Source: Anaerolineales bacterium (GTDB lineage Bacteria > Chloroflexota > Anaerolineae > Anaerolineales > UBA11657). From it: a DNA stretch of 64,000 nucleotides. The position numbers and the translations under genes were made by a program. Shown one piece after another: positions 17,843 through 28,655 of this stretch (positions are counted from its first letter, which is position 1; every line of letters begins with the position of its first letter). Location of the stretch: positions 29,257 to 93,256 of the forward strand of contig JAKUPR010000004.1 of the NCBI GenBank assembly GCA_022450585.1. Direction: 5' to 3'. The notes below the pieces were generated by a model. The model saw only the letters and a list, made by a program, of their open reading frames with translations, was not told the DNA's origin and searched no databases.

Positions 17843-19132
17843 ATGAACAAGGATACTCTTACCATCACAGATAATCGTACCGGACGCAGTTACGAAATAT
17901 CAATCCAAAACGACACTATACGCGCGCTCGACCTCCGACAGATAAAAGTCAATGAGGACGATTTCGGGATGATGTCTTATGATCCGGCTTACACAAATAC
18001 TGCATCATGTAGCAGCCGCATTACCTTGGTAGACGGCGAAAAAGGAATCCTTAGATATCGAGGTTATCCGATCGAACAGTTGGCTGAGAAGAGCAGCTTC
18101 CTGGAGGTAGCATATCTGAACATCTACGGTGAATTGCCTGATTCACAGCAATTATCTTTCTGGGTAGAACGGATAATGCATCACACCTTCATCCACGAAA
18201 ATCTAGCAAAGTTAATGCAATCTTTTCGTTACGACGCTCACCCAATGGGAATGCTCATCGGCACCATCGCAGCCATGTCAACTTTGCATCCAGACGCAAA
18301 GGACATTTACGATGATCAAGCCCGTCAGAAACAGATTTGGCGTCTGCTCGGCAAGCTACCCACTGTAGCCGCTTTCGCATATCGCCGCCGCATTGGCCGC
18401 CCGTACAACTATCCTGATAGCTCCCTAGGCTACACGGAGAACTTGCTCTACATGATGGATTACATGAATCAAGGCGACTACCAGGTCAACCCAGTACTGG
18501 CTAAAGCGCTTGACGTGCTATTCATCCTACATGCAGAGCACGAGCAAAATTGCTCCACAGCTGTTATGCGAGGCATAGGCTCTAGCCATGCCGATCCATA
18601 CAGCGCCATGTCAGGAGCCGCAGCCGCCCTATACGGACCGTTACATGGCGGTGCTAATGAAGCGGTATTGCGAATGCTTAATGAAATTGCCACGGTGGAC
18701 AACATCCCAGGATACGTAGAAAAAGTCAAGGCGGGAAAATTCAGACTAATGGGATTTGGCCACCGAGTGTATAAGAACTACGATCCTCGTGCTCGCATCA
18801 TAAAGAAAGTCGCGGATGACGTACTAGCGATAACTGGAGGTAATCCGCTTTTAGATATAGCGTTAAAATTAGAGGAAATAGCTCTAGAGGATGAGTATTT
18901 CGTTTCCCGGAAACTGTATCCCAATGTCGATTTTTACAGTGGCATCATTTATCAGGCAATGGGATTCCCAGTGGATATGTTCCCAGTATTGTTTGCTCTG
19001 GGCCGTGCGCCAGGCTGGCTTGCCCAATGGCTTGAGTTAATTGATGACAAGGAGCAACGAATTGCCCGGCCACGACAGGTGTTTCTCGGTTCCGAACAAC
19101 GTGATTATTTGCCCATGGAACAACGCGGTTAG
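17843..19132 (+). CDS. gltA: Citrate synthase
   Basis: 429 aa. GFGHRVYKNYDPRA, HAEHEQNCST and NVDFYSG motifs. Confidence 0.95.
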   Translation: MNKDTLTITDNRTGRSYEISIQNDTIRALDLRQIKVNEDDFGMMSYDPAYTNTASCSSRITLVDGEKGILRYRGYPIEQLAEKSSFLEVAYLNIYGELPDSQQLSFWVERIMHHTFIHENLAKLMQSFRYDAHPMGMLIGTIAAMSTLHPDAKDIYDDQARQKQIWRLLGKLPTVAAFAYRRRIGRPYNYPDSSLGYTENLLYMMDYMNQGDYQVNPVLAKALDVLFILHAEHEQNCSTAVMRGIGSSHADPYSAMSGAAAALYGPLHGGANEAVLRMLNEIATVDNIPGYVEKVKAGKFRLMGFGHRVYKNYDPRARIIKKVADDVLAITGGNPLLDIALKLEEIALEDEYFVSRKLYPNVDFYSGIIYQAMGFPVDMFPVLFALGRAPGWLAQWLELIDDKEQRIARPRQVFLGSEQRDYLPMEQRG

Positions 19133-19168
19133 GGAAAACCACATAAGCAGCGGGCAACTGTACCCACT

Positions 19169-20023
19169 GTGATTATCCAACCAAACACCAAGAAACACCG
19201 GGTAGGCACACCACATCTCCGGGAGCTTTTGTGGCTACTGCGATCATCCGAACACTCCCACACTCATCTGGACTGGCAAACCGAAAAGGGATGGCTGGAA
19301 CACCATCAATGTCACGCAACTTTCGATAACGACAATCTCACTGCAATGCTTTCAGTCCCTGTCGAACCAAATAGTTCTACGTGGATGCGCCTCGCAGCCG
19401 TGAAAGATAGGCAGCGCGACACAGGGACACTGACTACATTATGGACTGATGCAAAGACAGAGGTCAGACGCCAAGGAATCACAAGCGTAGCTGCTCTTAC
19501 TGCAAATACCTGGCCAGAGTGCATTCTGCCTAAATTGGGATTCAAACCAATCGGGAGGGTGGTGGTACTACGGCGACACCAGATGGGCAAGCCAGCCATA
19601 GAAAATACAGCAATCGGAATACGCGCTGCTTCCATCTCCGACCTACAAGCAATCCTCCACATTGACCATACCGCATTCGAACCCTTGTGGAGATATTCCA
19701 CGGGCATGCTGCGTTTGGCGCTAATGCGGGCAGAGTTCGCTACGGTGGCATATCAGGGCAGCAACATAATCGGATATCTTCTGGCGTCTCGAAACCAAGG
19801 AAAAGCACTTCTTGCGAGACTAGTGGTGACACCAGACTGCCAACATCGCGGGTTCGGTCGTGCTTTGACTATCAACATGCTACGGAACTTTGCAGGTGAC
19901 CAGTCATCGACAGTGGACGTCAATACCCAAGAAGACAATGCAGCTTCCATCGCTCTGTACCGTGCACTGGATTTTGAATTCACTGGCGAAAAAGCACAAG
20001 TCTGGCGCTGCGTCCTTAATTGA
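19169..20023 (+). CDS. GNAT-family N-acetyltransferase (degenerate N-terminal half plus RimI-like C-terminal GNAT)
   Basis: 284 aa with a GTG start. The C-terminal acetyl-CoA motif is LVVTPDCQHRGFGRAL. Confidence 0.75.
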   Translation: MIIQPNTKKHRVGTPHLRELLWLLRSSEHSHTHLDWQTEKGWLEHHQCHATFDNDNLTAMLSVPVEPNSSTWMRLAAVKDRQRDTGTLTTLWTDAKTEVRRQGITSVAALTANTWPECILPKLGFKPIGRVVVLRRHQMGKPAIENTAIGIRAASISDLQAILHIDHTAFEPLWRYSTGMLRLALMRAEFATVAYQGSNIIGYLLASRNQGKALLARLVVTPDCQHRGFGRALTINMLRNFAGDQSSTVDVNTQEDNAASIALYRALDFEFTGEKAQVWRCVLN

Positions 20024-20114
20024 CTACATTACTCCTGTGGCAGGGCAAACTAATAGGATAATACCTTTGATTTCACAAAAACATTCGGTAAGATAGTCAG
20101 ATACAAACCAATAA

Positions 20115-21494
20115 ATGAGCAAAAGCCCCTCGAAGATCAACCCTCTGCTGGACCGAATTCAAAACAGTATTCTGGACACGACGCTTCACCGCGTGGCCCG
20201 TAACACTGGCTGGCTGCTCACAGCCGAAGTGGTTGCCACTCTATTTAGCGCGATTCAATTTCCGCTTGTCGCCCGCATCCTCGGTGTTGAGGGTTACGGT
20301 ATCGTAGTTCTAATCATTGGTTGGGTTGGATTGATGACTGGTCTGCTAGGTATCCAGACACGGAAAACAATAGTCAAATACTTCAGTCTCTTTGTTGCCA
20401 ATGAAAGTAAGAGTAAGGCCCTCGCAACGGTCAAGCTAGGAATCGGACTAAATATAATACTTGCCACCATCACTTGCACACTGCTTTTCATCGCTGCCCC
20501 GAAACTGAGCATCTGGATGCTTGATAATCCTGACGGTACTCTATGGTTCCGACTTATAATCCTGCGTGACTTTTTCGCAGCAACCGGAGGAACCACCACA
20601 TCAGTACTCAGAGTTCTGGATAGATTTAAGTGGCTATCACTTTTCAACACGATTTCATCAATTGCCACGTTTGCGCTAATTAGCATCGTGTTATTCTCCG
20701 GATGGCACGTGAATGGTTACCTAGCCATACTTGTGCTAGTTTCAGCTGGACAAGCCATCATTCTCTACATTAAATGCCATCGCGAATTGTACAGCCAATA
20801 CAACACAAATTGGTGGAGGGCCGAATTACACAGTCTGCAGGATTACAATAACGAAATCAAACAAATGTTGCTGACATTAAAATTAGATAGTCTCAGAAAA
20901 ATTGCCACAGATAAGGCGGATGTAGTAATACTAGGGTTGTTCGTTGATATTCATAACGTGGGTCTATACAAAATGGCGAAGCAGCTTTCTGGTTATCTAA
21001 GTCGCCTTAGCAATCCTATTTACGCGGCACTCTACCCAGAGATAGTACGCCTTTACCACGAATCAGGTTTTCAGCATTTGTCGCACTTCATCAGACAGTT
21101 GACCCTCTGGCTTGTGGCCGGCTTCGGTACGTCGGCCATTGTCATTACATTACTTGCTAAGCCATTTGTACCAGTTGTGTTTGGACCTGAATATGCTGGA
21201 GCATTGCCAATCTTATACATTATGATGCTCATGCATGTGTGGCTAGGACTAATTTGGGCACCAGGCTTGTTGCTAGCACTTGGAAAAGCACGCCAACTTA
21301 CCGCAATTAATCTAGTCAGTGCACTGATTCTAGTTATATTATCGTTCCTCCTCTCTCCAATATGGGGAGCAACTGGCGCAACCATAGCACTAGTTGCAAA
21401 CTACTGGGCGTGGACTACGCTGATTTTGTTCTACGTTAGCAGAATACCTGATCTAAGGTTGTGGCCAAGGAGAGCGCCATCAGGAATAAATTGA
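20115..21494 (+). CDS. MOP/Wzx-type polysaccharide (lipid-linked oligosaccharide) flippase
   Basis: 459 aa, hydrophobic throughout (about 12-14 spans). The N-terminus ARNTGWLLTAEVVATLFSAIQFPLVARILGVEGYG is typical of polysaccharide-biosynthesis (Wzx-like) proteins. Confidence 0.75.
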   Translation: MSKSPSKINPLLDRIQNSILDTTLHRVARNTGWLLTAEVVATLFSAIQFPLVARILGVEGYGIVVLIIGWVGLMTGLLGIQTRKTIVKYFSLFVANESKSKALATVKLGIGLNIILATITCTLLFIAAPKLSIWMLDNPDGTLWFRLIILRDFFAATGGTTTSVLRVLDRFKWLSLFNTISSIATFALISIVLFSGWHVNGYLAILVLVSAGQAIILYIKCHRELYSQYNTNWWRAELHSLQDYNNEIKQMLLTLKLDSLRKIATDKADVVILGLFVDIHNVGLYKMAKQLSGYLSRLSNPIYAALYPEIVRLYHESGFQHLSHFIRQLTLWLVAGFGTSAIVITLLAKPFVPVVFGPEYAGALPILYIMMLMHVWLGLIWAPGLLLALGKARQLTAINLVSALILVILSFLLSPIWGATGATIALVANYWAWTTLILFYVSRIPDLRLWPRRAPSGIN

Positions 21495-22627
21495 ACCTAC
21501 TCTACATCACCAGCCAAATTTTCCCAACTCCAAAGGCAAGTACGGTACAGGTAATGCAAATGTGTGCCGCATTCGCTGCTAATGACATTCGGGTAAAATT
21601 GGTCGCGCGCGCACCAGAAAACGGAAAGCTCTCGTCCAAAGAACTGCAAAAACATTACGACGTTACGGATAACTTTGAAATCAACCAACGAGGACTTCCG
21701 CGTGGACTGCGTGCTACAGACAATTATCAAATTCAGGCTATCCTTCGCAACCGAAGCGCTGCCAACTTATGCTACACACGTGGCCGAGATGTAACTGCCC
21801 CGCTAATTGCGCTAATGTCTGGATTATCTGCCTGCGTAGAGTTACACACTCCGCCTGCCTCTAAACGAGAGAGGTGGTCCCTGCGGCTTGTCCAATCTCA
21901 CCCACGGGGTCAACTTGTCATGTTGACAGAAAACCTGCGAATGTATTACGCTAGTAAGTTGGGATTTAGCCAGAAACACTTGATTGTTGCTCCTGACGGA
22001 GTAGACTCAAAACGCTTTTATCCTACGCTTCCAGCACACGAGGCACGCAAATCTCTCGGAATGTCAGATGGACCATGGGTGATATACATAGGAGGACTCT
22101 ACGAAGGTCGTGGACTGAATACGCTATTTAGAGCCGCTACACGTCTGCCACACAACACAATGGTCGTTGGTGGACGAAATGAAGCAGAAATCAGGAAGTG
22201 GAAAAAAACTGCAAATCAAATCAATGCTAAAAACGTCTATTTCGCCGGTTACCAGCCACCCTCGAAAGTACCCATGTATCTAGCAGCAGCCGATGCACTT
22301 GTCATGCCATATGATAAAACTATAATGACACCCAGTGGCGAAGACACAGCTGCCTGGGCTTCGCCACTCAAGATGTTTGAATACATGGCTGCAGCACGCC
22401 CAATTGTAGCGACTGACTTATCCATCGTAAAAGGAGTACTAAAACACAATCACAATGCGCTACTGATCACCCCTGGCGATGCAACCGCACTGCGAAATGC
22501 ACTACAGAGACTGAATACAAATCCCCAATTGAGAGAACGATTAGCCAACAATGCACGCTCTGACGCCTCTCACCACACCTGGGACGCACGTGCCCAACAT
22601 ATTATTGCTAACTTGGGAGTAAATTGA
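21491..22627 (+). CDS. Glycosyltransferase, GT4 family
   Basis: GT4 C-terminal region ...SPLKMFEYMAAARPIVAT. The track starts at GTG 21461. I prefer the TTG at 21491 (MNLLYITSQ...), which overlaps the flippase stop as TTGA, the same arrangement as at 4730. Confidence 0.85.
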   Translation: MNLLYITSQIFPTPKASTVQVMQMCAAFAANDIRVKLVARAPENGKLSSKELQKHYDVTDNFEINQRGLPRGLRATDNYQIQAILRNRSAANLCYTRGRDVTAPLIALMSGLSACVELHTPPASKRERWSLRLVQSHPRGQLVMLTENLRMYYASKLGFSQKHLIVAPDGVDSKRFYPTLPAHEARKSLGMSDGPWVIYIGGLYEGRGLNTLFRAATRLPHNTMVVGGRNEAEIRKWKKTANQINAKNVYFAGYQPPSKVPMYLAAADALVMPYDKTIMTPSGEDTAAWASPLKMFEYMAAARPIVATDLSIVKGVLKHNHNALLITPGDATALRNALQRLNTNPQLRERLANNARSDASHHTWDARAQHIIANLGVN

Positions 22628-22631
22628 AGCG

Positions 22632-23552
22632 ATGAACATATTAATCACTGGAGGTTTAGGAGCAGTCGGCATCCCACTCGGGACAGAGTTACGCCAACGC
22701 TCACACACTGTATGGGTATGTGACGTACCCCACGCACCTGAACCGAACTATAAACGCTGCGATATATCTGAGTTTCGACAAATCCAACATGTAATTGAAA
22801 CTATTGAGCCTGAATTCGTGTACCACCTGGCAGCAGAATTCGGGCGCCGCAACGGCGAGGAACACTACGACAAAGTGTGGCGTACAAATGCAATAGGTAC
22901 CAAAAACCTACTGCGCTTACAAGAACAATGTAAGTTTCGCATGTGTTTCACCAGCAGCTCCGAAATTTACGGTGATTGGCACGATTTGATGTCGGAAGAT
23001 GTGCCGGAACAGCAACCAATCCGACAGCTAAATGATTATGCTATCTCAAAGTGGGTCAACGAGATGCAAATCATGAATTCAACTGCCAGATTCGGAACTG
23101 AAACAGTTCGAGTTCGCCTGTTCAACACATACGGACCGGGTGAACATTACTCTGAATATCGTAGCGTTATCTGCCAATTCATTTACCATGCGCTACACAA
23201 TTTGCCTTATACTGTCTACCTAGACCACCACCGTACCTCATCATACATCAGTGATACGGTTCACACCTTGGCCAACATCGCCGACCCACAACGATTCAAG
23301 CCTGGCGAGGTATACAACATCTCGGGAAGCGAATATCACGACATCAAGACCATCTCCGACATGATATTATCCCATCTCGGAAAAGACGACCGACAGGTGA
23401 TATATGAACGCTTGGAAACACACAACACGCGTAACAAAAAGGGCGACCAAAGCAAATCACAGAGAGACCTAGGACACCGGACGCGCGTAAAACTGGCCGA
23501 GGGTATCCCACTCACAATCGATTGGCAAAAACAATCCTATGGTTTCTCCTAA
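22632..23552 (+). CDS. NAD-dependent epimerase/dehydratase (extended SDR)
   Basis: 306 aa. ITGGLGAVG glycine-rich N-terminus and YAISK (YxxxK) motif. Confidence 0.85.
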   Translation: MNILITGGLGAVGIPLGTELRQRSHTVWVCDVPHAPEPNYKRCDISEFRQIQHVIETIEPEFVYHLAAEFGRRNGEEHYDKVWRTNAIGTKNLLRLQEQCKFRMCFTSSSEIYGDWHDLMSEDVPEQQPIRQLNDYAISKWVNEMQIMNSTARFGTETVRVRLFNTYGPGEHYSEYRSVICQFIYHALHNLPYTVYLDHHRTSSYISDTVHTLANIADPQRFKPGEVYNISGSEYHDIKTISDMILSHLGKDDRQVIYERLETHNTRNKKGDQSKSQRDLGHRTRVKLAEGIPLTIDWQKQSYGFS

Positions 23553-24756
23553 TTTCACATCCCGCAAAATCGTAGTGATAGGCACCGGATACGTTGGGCT
23601 GCCTGCGGCCCTCCTGCTGGCCCGTGCCGGACACTCCGTTGTCGGCGTAGACATCGACGAGAACATAGTTCAAGCAATCAACGCGGGAATTCTGCACATA
23701 AAAGAAGACCAGTTGCAGGCCATCATGGATGAACCAGAAGTGAAAAAAAATATCACAGCGCAATCCGCCCCTTGTCCAGCGGATATCTTCTTAATTGCAG
23801 TTCCCACACCACTGGATGTCCAGAAGCAGGCGTCTGACTTGAGTATGGTCATTGAGGCTACTGAGTCGCTCATTCCACATCTTCGTGAAGGAAATCTTGT
23901 AATTTTAGAATCCACAGTGCCACCGCTAACTTGTCGCACCACAATAACTCCCTTGCTGCAGCGTTCGGGGTTAAAAATAGGCGAAACGCTGCATCTGGCA
24001 CATTGTCCAGAACGTATTCTCCCCGGAGACGTATTCCATGAAATTGTTCACAATGATCGCATTATCGGAGCCGAAAATAGTAAAAGTCGCTCAATGGCAG
24101 CAGATGTCTATTCAACTTTCGTACAAGGAGATCTGCTTCTCACAGACGATGTCACAGCTGAAATGGTGAAGTTAATGGAAAACACTTATCGAGATGTGAA
24201 CATCGCACTAGGAAACGAGTTTGCCGCTGTGGCACATACTCTCCAAATTGATATTGGCGAGGCCATTAGATTAGCAAATCAGCATCCACGTGTGGACATT
24301 CTAAATCCCGGTATCGGCGTCGGCGGACATTGTATTCCCATCGACCCATGGTTTATCAAAGAAGTTGACCCGACTAATGCGCGTCTAATTTTCGCAGCAA
24401 GAACGATAAATGATGAAATACCCACTAAGGTAGCAGCACATATTCGAGACACAGTGCGTGGAATCGAAAACCCTCAGATAGTCGCAATTGGTGCAGCTTA
24501 CAAAGAAAATACAGCGGACACACGAGAAAGCCCCTCTGTTGAAATAGTACGGCTATTGCGTTCCTACGGGTTCCGAGTAAATCATTTTGACCCATTTGTA
24601 GAAGGCATGGAATTCCCAACGACTATAGAAGACGCCTGCAAAAACGCCGATTGTCTAGCGTTGCTGGTAAAACACAAGATTGTGATGGACGAATTCAATG
24701 CCAAGCGCACCGAGATTGAGAATGTGATGAAAACTCCAACAATACTTCAGTTTTAG
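23539..24756 (+). CDS. UDP-N-acetyl-D-mannosamine dehydrogenase-like (WecC family) nucleotide-sugar dehydrogenase
   Basis: 405 aa. VVIGTGYVGLP. The block LANQHPRVDILNPGIGVGGHCIPIDPWFI closely resembles the E. coli WecC block as I remember it ([29 protein letters not shown]). Confidence 0.88.
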   Translation: MVSPNFTSRKIVVIGTGYVGLPAALLLARAGHSVVGVDIDENIVQAINAGILHIKEDQLQAIMDEPEVKKNITAQSAPCPADIFLIAVPTPLDVQKQASDLSMVIEATESLIPHLREGNLVILESTVPPLTCRTTITPLLQRSGLKIGETLHLAHCPERILPGDVFHEIVHNDRIIGAENSKSRSMAADVYSTFVQGDLLLTDDVTAEMVKLMENTYRDVNIALGNEFAAVAHTLQIDIGEAIRLANQHPRVDILNPGIGVGGHCIPIDPWFIKEVDPTNARLIFAARTINDEIPTKVAAHIRDTVRGIENPQIVAIGAAYKENTADTRESPSVEIVRLLRSYGFRVNHFDPFVEGMEFPTTIEDACKNADCLALLVKHKIVMDEFNAKRTEIENVMKTPTILQF

Positions 24757-24760
24757 ACAC

Positions 24761-26770
24761 TCACGGAACGGAAATATCCTGCAAATACAGCCAATCATCA
24801 CCAACTGAAGTTCCCTCAGTTATTTGAAGACGCTCACCAGATTCAAAATCATAGATTCCGATGCCTAACCGATAATCCCCGGTCGGCAATTCAGACAATA
24901 AGATAATATGATGCATACTTACAATCTCTCCATCACTCCATTGGTCAACTGGCACACCGCTATCATTACGCATAAGTTCGTCCAATCCATAAGCCAAATC
25001 TCCGCTGTTTTTGTTCAACAGATGTAAGAAAAGATGGTATGGCTCCGACAATCGCTTATCGAACTCCAGATCTAAGACTTTGTTAAGGAACGCATAAACC
25101 TTATGCATCATAGTACGTACTTTATACTCCACCCGCCAGTGAGTGACAATTGCTAATCTCTCATTTCTGAGAGAGAAATCGTACCCCAGCAGCCTAAGAT
25201 TTTCCGAGTAAACGGCGTCCGACTGAATAGAAACTGTAGGCATCCGATACACTGGGTGGTACATGGTTTCGATTTCCCGAAGATGAGGATTGATGGATCC
25301 AGGCTCCTCATACGCAAACAGACCCCAGTGAAGAGGTCCCCTAACTAATGAAAGCCAGACACCCACGCCCGCTACCAATAAGATGCTGCCTCTACGAAAG
25401 GAAGAGTAACGACCAAACAAGTAAAGTAACCCGGATGCCAACCCAATTAGCAGGGCAATACTACCCAGACGTCCTGGGAACTCCCAAGCGAACAACCAGT
25501 GCTGCCATCCCAGCATCAGGTACAAATATACCGAAACAATGAAAATTGCAGCGGCACCCCATGACCTACCCGACACTCGCATTTCAGCACGCAACCATAG
25601 CCACTCAAAAAAAATACCAGAAGCCAACAGGCTAGCCGGCAAATAAAGCATATGATATCGACCACCATCTACACCCTTGTTAAGCTGCACGCCCAATTGC
25701 AGAACAATTGCCACAAGAATATATATATACATAGGACGTCGCCGCCCACCCTTAGTTACCCTTACCAAAGCCGCAATCACTCCAAAGGAAATAGGCATCG
25801 CCAAAAAAGAGAGTGTAGGCCATATATCCGCATGAGAATACACCAATAGCGGCCAGTACCATGGTCCAGTAGTAAACGATTTGACCTGTTCACCATACCC
25901 TAACGTCAGCGCCAATGTTGGCTCCCACAGATGACCGAAATAGCCAAGATCAGATACCCGCACCGGATGCGTAAGAAAAAACCATTCTGATCCCGCCCAC
26001 CAGACAAATAATGGCGTTAGCACGATGAGAAAGATTCGCACATTACGAATTAGCCCGGGCAAATCAATACGTTGAGCCAGAGCAGGAGTAGTAGATGAAA
26101 CAATCTTGATGACAATTACCACTATCATCACTACAGCAAGTGCAATCCCTTTTACCAGAAAAGTCGCGAGAGCTAACGCAGACCCAAAACATAAAATCCA
26201 GCAACCTCTTGCACCTACCCGTGACCGTACAAGCACAAGTGCCATCAGTATCGTTGCGAAAAACAGCACCGTTTCCGTATACTGAGCCTTCGACGACATG
26301 TAAACATGTAAATCATGTACGCTAAGAAATAGGGTCACAAGAGCAGGTATGGGATCCGGAAGGAGCCTTGAAGACAGTCGATAGAATGCCGCTAGTCCAA
26401 CAAATCCCCACAACAATGGAAGTACTCGATATATTCTTGTATCGACCCCTCTGTACAAAATGTCATCATGTCCGGGTATCAGTTGAATTACAGTAGTCTG
26501 CATCCACCACCACAATGGTCCAAGGAATTGCCCGTTACGAAGAGGCACACCGAACAACTGCGTGGTTAGACCAGTACCCAAATGGAGATCCGGACCCATA
26601 CCCAGCATATCACGCACTCCACTTTGAGTAATTCGAGGCTCATCTGCAAGAAAAGGGTATTCCAAAGCACCATGTACCCTAATCCAAGATCCTAGAAGCA
26701 ATGACAAGCCGAGCAAAGCCATTGAAAGCTGACTAATACGAAATTGTTTGCGTGACGACACTTTTATCAT
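24761..26770 (-). CDS. GT-C-like polytopic membrane glycosyltransferase with a soluble C-terminal module
   Basis: 669 aa. About 480 aa of multi-span membrane domain has an acidic first loop (YPFLADEP). The roughly 190-aa C-terminal module (LRLLGYDF...THWRV...GDYRLGIGIYD) resembles the modules in ORF 1-2426. Confidence 0.75.
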   Translation of the reverse strand: MIKVSSRKQFRISQLSMALLGLSLLLGSWIRVHGALEYPFLADEPRITQSGVRDMLGMGPDLHLGTGLTTQLFGVPLRNGQFLGPLWWWMQTTVIQLIPGHDDILYRGVDTRIYRVLPLLWGFVGLAAFYRLSSRLLPDPIPALVTLFLSVHDLHVYMSSKAQYTETVLFFATILMALVLVRSRVGARGCWILCFGSALALATFLVKGIALAVVMIVVIVIKIVSSTTPALAQRIDLPGLIRNVRIFLIVLTPLFVWWAGSEWFFLTHPVRVSDLGYFGHLWEPTLALTLGYGEQVKSFTTGPWYWPLLVYSHADIWPTLSFLAMPISFGVIAALVRVTKGGRRRPMYIYILVAIVLQLGVQLNKGVDGGRYHMLYLPASLLASGIFFEWLWLRAEMRVSGRSWGAAAIFIVSVYLYLMLGWQHWLFAWEFPGRLGSIALLIGLASGLLYLFGRYSSFRRGSILLVAGVGVWLSLVRGPLHWGLFAYEEPGSINPHLREIETMYHPVYRMPTVSIQSDAVYSENLRLLGYDFSLRNERLAIVTHWRVEYKVRTMMHKVYAFLNKVLDLEFDKRLSEPYHLFLHLLNKNSGDLAYGLDELMRNDSGVPVDQWSDGEIVSMHHIILLSELPTGDYRLGIGIYDFESGERLQITEGTSVGDDWLYLQDISVP

Positions 26771-26879
26771 GTCTTATCATCTCCACGACGCGAATTGTGA
26801 CCATCTGACCCATACGGGCCACAGTCCCCTTATGATAAACTAGTCACTGGATACCCGGGGTTTATATAACACCCTCATA

Positions 26880-28655
26880 TTGACATTAATGTTTCAATTC
26901 CTACTAGCCACCATTGCAATTATCATCAGCTTCATCTGTCTGTTGCCACTAACGAGTCAGACTTTCAAAGACAATGAAATCCCACGCGCTGGTGTATTCG
27001 CAACTACCTTGGTCTGGAGCACGGGAATAACGTCGCTTTACATGCTAGTAATCGGTATGATACCTGGCACATGGCTACGCCCAATAATGGTGTTACCGGT
27101 ACCCTGGTTACTCTTAGGTTTCTGCATCTGGACAACAAAGAAGATACCTGACCGGATAGCTCGCAGCAAAAATCAACTCGTATTCTGGCTAACGATAATT
27201 TGCATAGGCGGTTTCGCAGTCATCAGCGTCAACAGCGTGTCCTATCCTTTTTACCGTTACGATGTCCTCGCTCGATTCGCTCCAAACGCACAGATACTCT
27301 TTGAGAGTCACTCCGTGCCCAACACACTTACCGGATACCCTCTTGGTGTTCAGATGCTCTATACGTTTGCATTCATGGCTTATGGTGCTATCAATGACCA
27401 TCTCGCCGGAATGTTTGTAGCAGCTTTTTCCGGAGCCATGCTCCTTACCACATTCGCAATAGGAAAAATTGCCTTTTCTCAACGCACCGCTTGGGCCGCA
27501 GTTCTAATGCTACTTAGCTCTCGTCTGTTCGTAGATTGGTCAACATCCGGCTATGTAGATATACCTGTCGGGGTTTACCATGGCCTCACTTTTATGTGCG
27601 CGTTCCTGTGGCTTCAAAACGGGCAACGCCGCTGGGCACTATTCGCCGGAGTAATGACGGGTTTGGCTATTTGGACTAAACAGTCTGCTCTAGTATTGAT
27701 TCCTGCCCTTGCTTTAGTACCATTGATACGCATACAATCGCATTCCAACAAACATTGGGAGATCAAAAACGGATTGTTTTCCGTTGGGACAGCCTTGCTT
27801 ATCTCTGGTCCGTGGTACTTACGCAGTCTCCTACTCGAAGGAACTTCGGGTGTACTACCCGCACCTGGCGCATATGACGCCCAGTTCATCGATCGGTCAT
27901 TTATATCGCTAATGACCTTTCTCAACCCATCAGCAGGTTGGGGCCCTTGGATGGGTCCCGCAACAACACTTGGGATAGTTCTGTGGGCAACACATTTCTT
28001 TAAACCAGATCTCGATACTACATCGGCCACTCACATCAACAGACGTCGCCGGGCCTGGCTACTGGCAGCCTTTATAGTGCCTTACCACATAATCTGGTGG
28101 CAAGGCTTTTCATACCAATCACGGTATTTGTTGGCATCCGCGCCCCTGTACGCAGTGTTAGCAGGGCACGGTACGGACTGGCTCCTGAAGCAAATGCCAG
28201 CACATTTACGGGCGCACAAATGGGTAATTCTAATTCTTGCATGCGGGATGGTCTTTACAGGTACAGCCAATCGTATGGGAGCAGTTTATCACTTAATTGT
28301 TCACCCACTCCATTCAGATGACATCAAGCTGTCACGACTAAGTCCAGATTTATGGTCTCTGACAAAATATATACGCGCTACAATTGAACCCGGATCTACC
28401 ATCTATGCTATGGACGGAGCGCTAGCTTATTGGTTGCGCGAATATGATTTTAGGCAAGGATATCCATTTATGCTAAAAGATTTAGGGGATGCTGATTATT
28501 TCATTACGGCGGCCTCGGGCGAGTCAGTTTACCGCTTTTACAATGCCAAAGACAATGAGGTCTCGCAAGCACTCGGAGATGCGAAGATACTCCCTGAAAT
28601 TTATCGGCATAACGCAACAGTGTCGGTGTACCATGTAGGTCCATTAGAGCCATGA
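26880..28655 (+). CDS. GT-C fold glycosyltransferase (GT39/ArnT-like, PMT_2-type)
   Basis: 591 aa, polytopic. The block GYVDIPVGVYHG...WALFAGVMTGLAIWTKQSA is paralogous to the next ORF. The start is TTG 26880 or ATG 26889. Confidence 0.8.
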   Translation: MTLMFQFLLATIAIIISFICLLPLTSQTFKDNEIPRAGVFATTLVWSTGITSLYMLVIGMIPGTWLRPIMVLPVPWLLLGFCIWTTKKIPDRIARSKNQLVFWLTIICIGGFAVISVNSVSYPFYRYDVLARFAPNAQILFESHSVPNTLTGYPLGVQMLYTFAFMAYGAINDHLAGMFVAAFSGAMLLTTFAIGKIAFSQRTAWAAVLMLLSSRLFVDWSTSGYVDIPVGVYHGLTFMCAFLWLQNGQRRWALFAGVMTGLAIWTKQSALVLIPALALVPLIRIQSHSNKHWEIKNGLFSVGTALLISGPWYLRSLLLEGTSGVLPAPGAYDAQFIDRSFISLMTFLNPSAGWGPWMGPATTLGIVLWATHFFKPDLDTTSATHINRRRRAWLLAAFIVPYHIIWWQGFSYQSRYLLASAPLYAVLAGHGTDWLLKQMPAHLRAHKWVILILACGMVFTGTANRMGAVYHLIVHPLHSDDIKLSRLSPDLWSLTKYIRATIEPGSTIYAMDGALAYWLREYDFRQGYPFMLKDLGDADYFITAASGESVYRFYNAKDNEVSQALGDAKILPEIYRHNATVSVYHVGPLEP

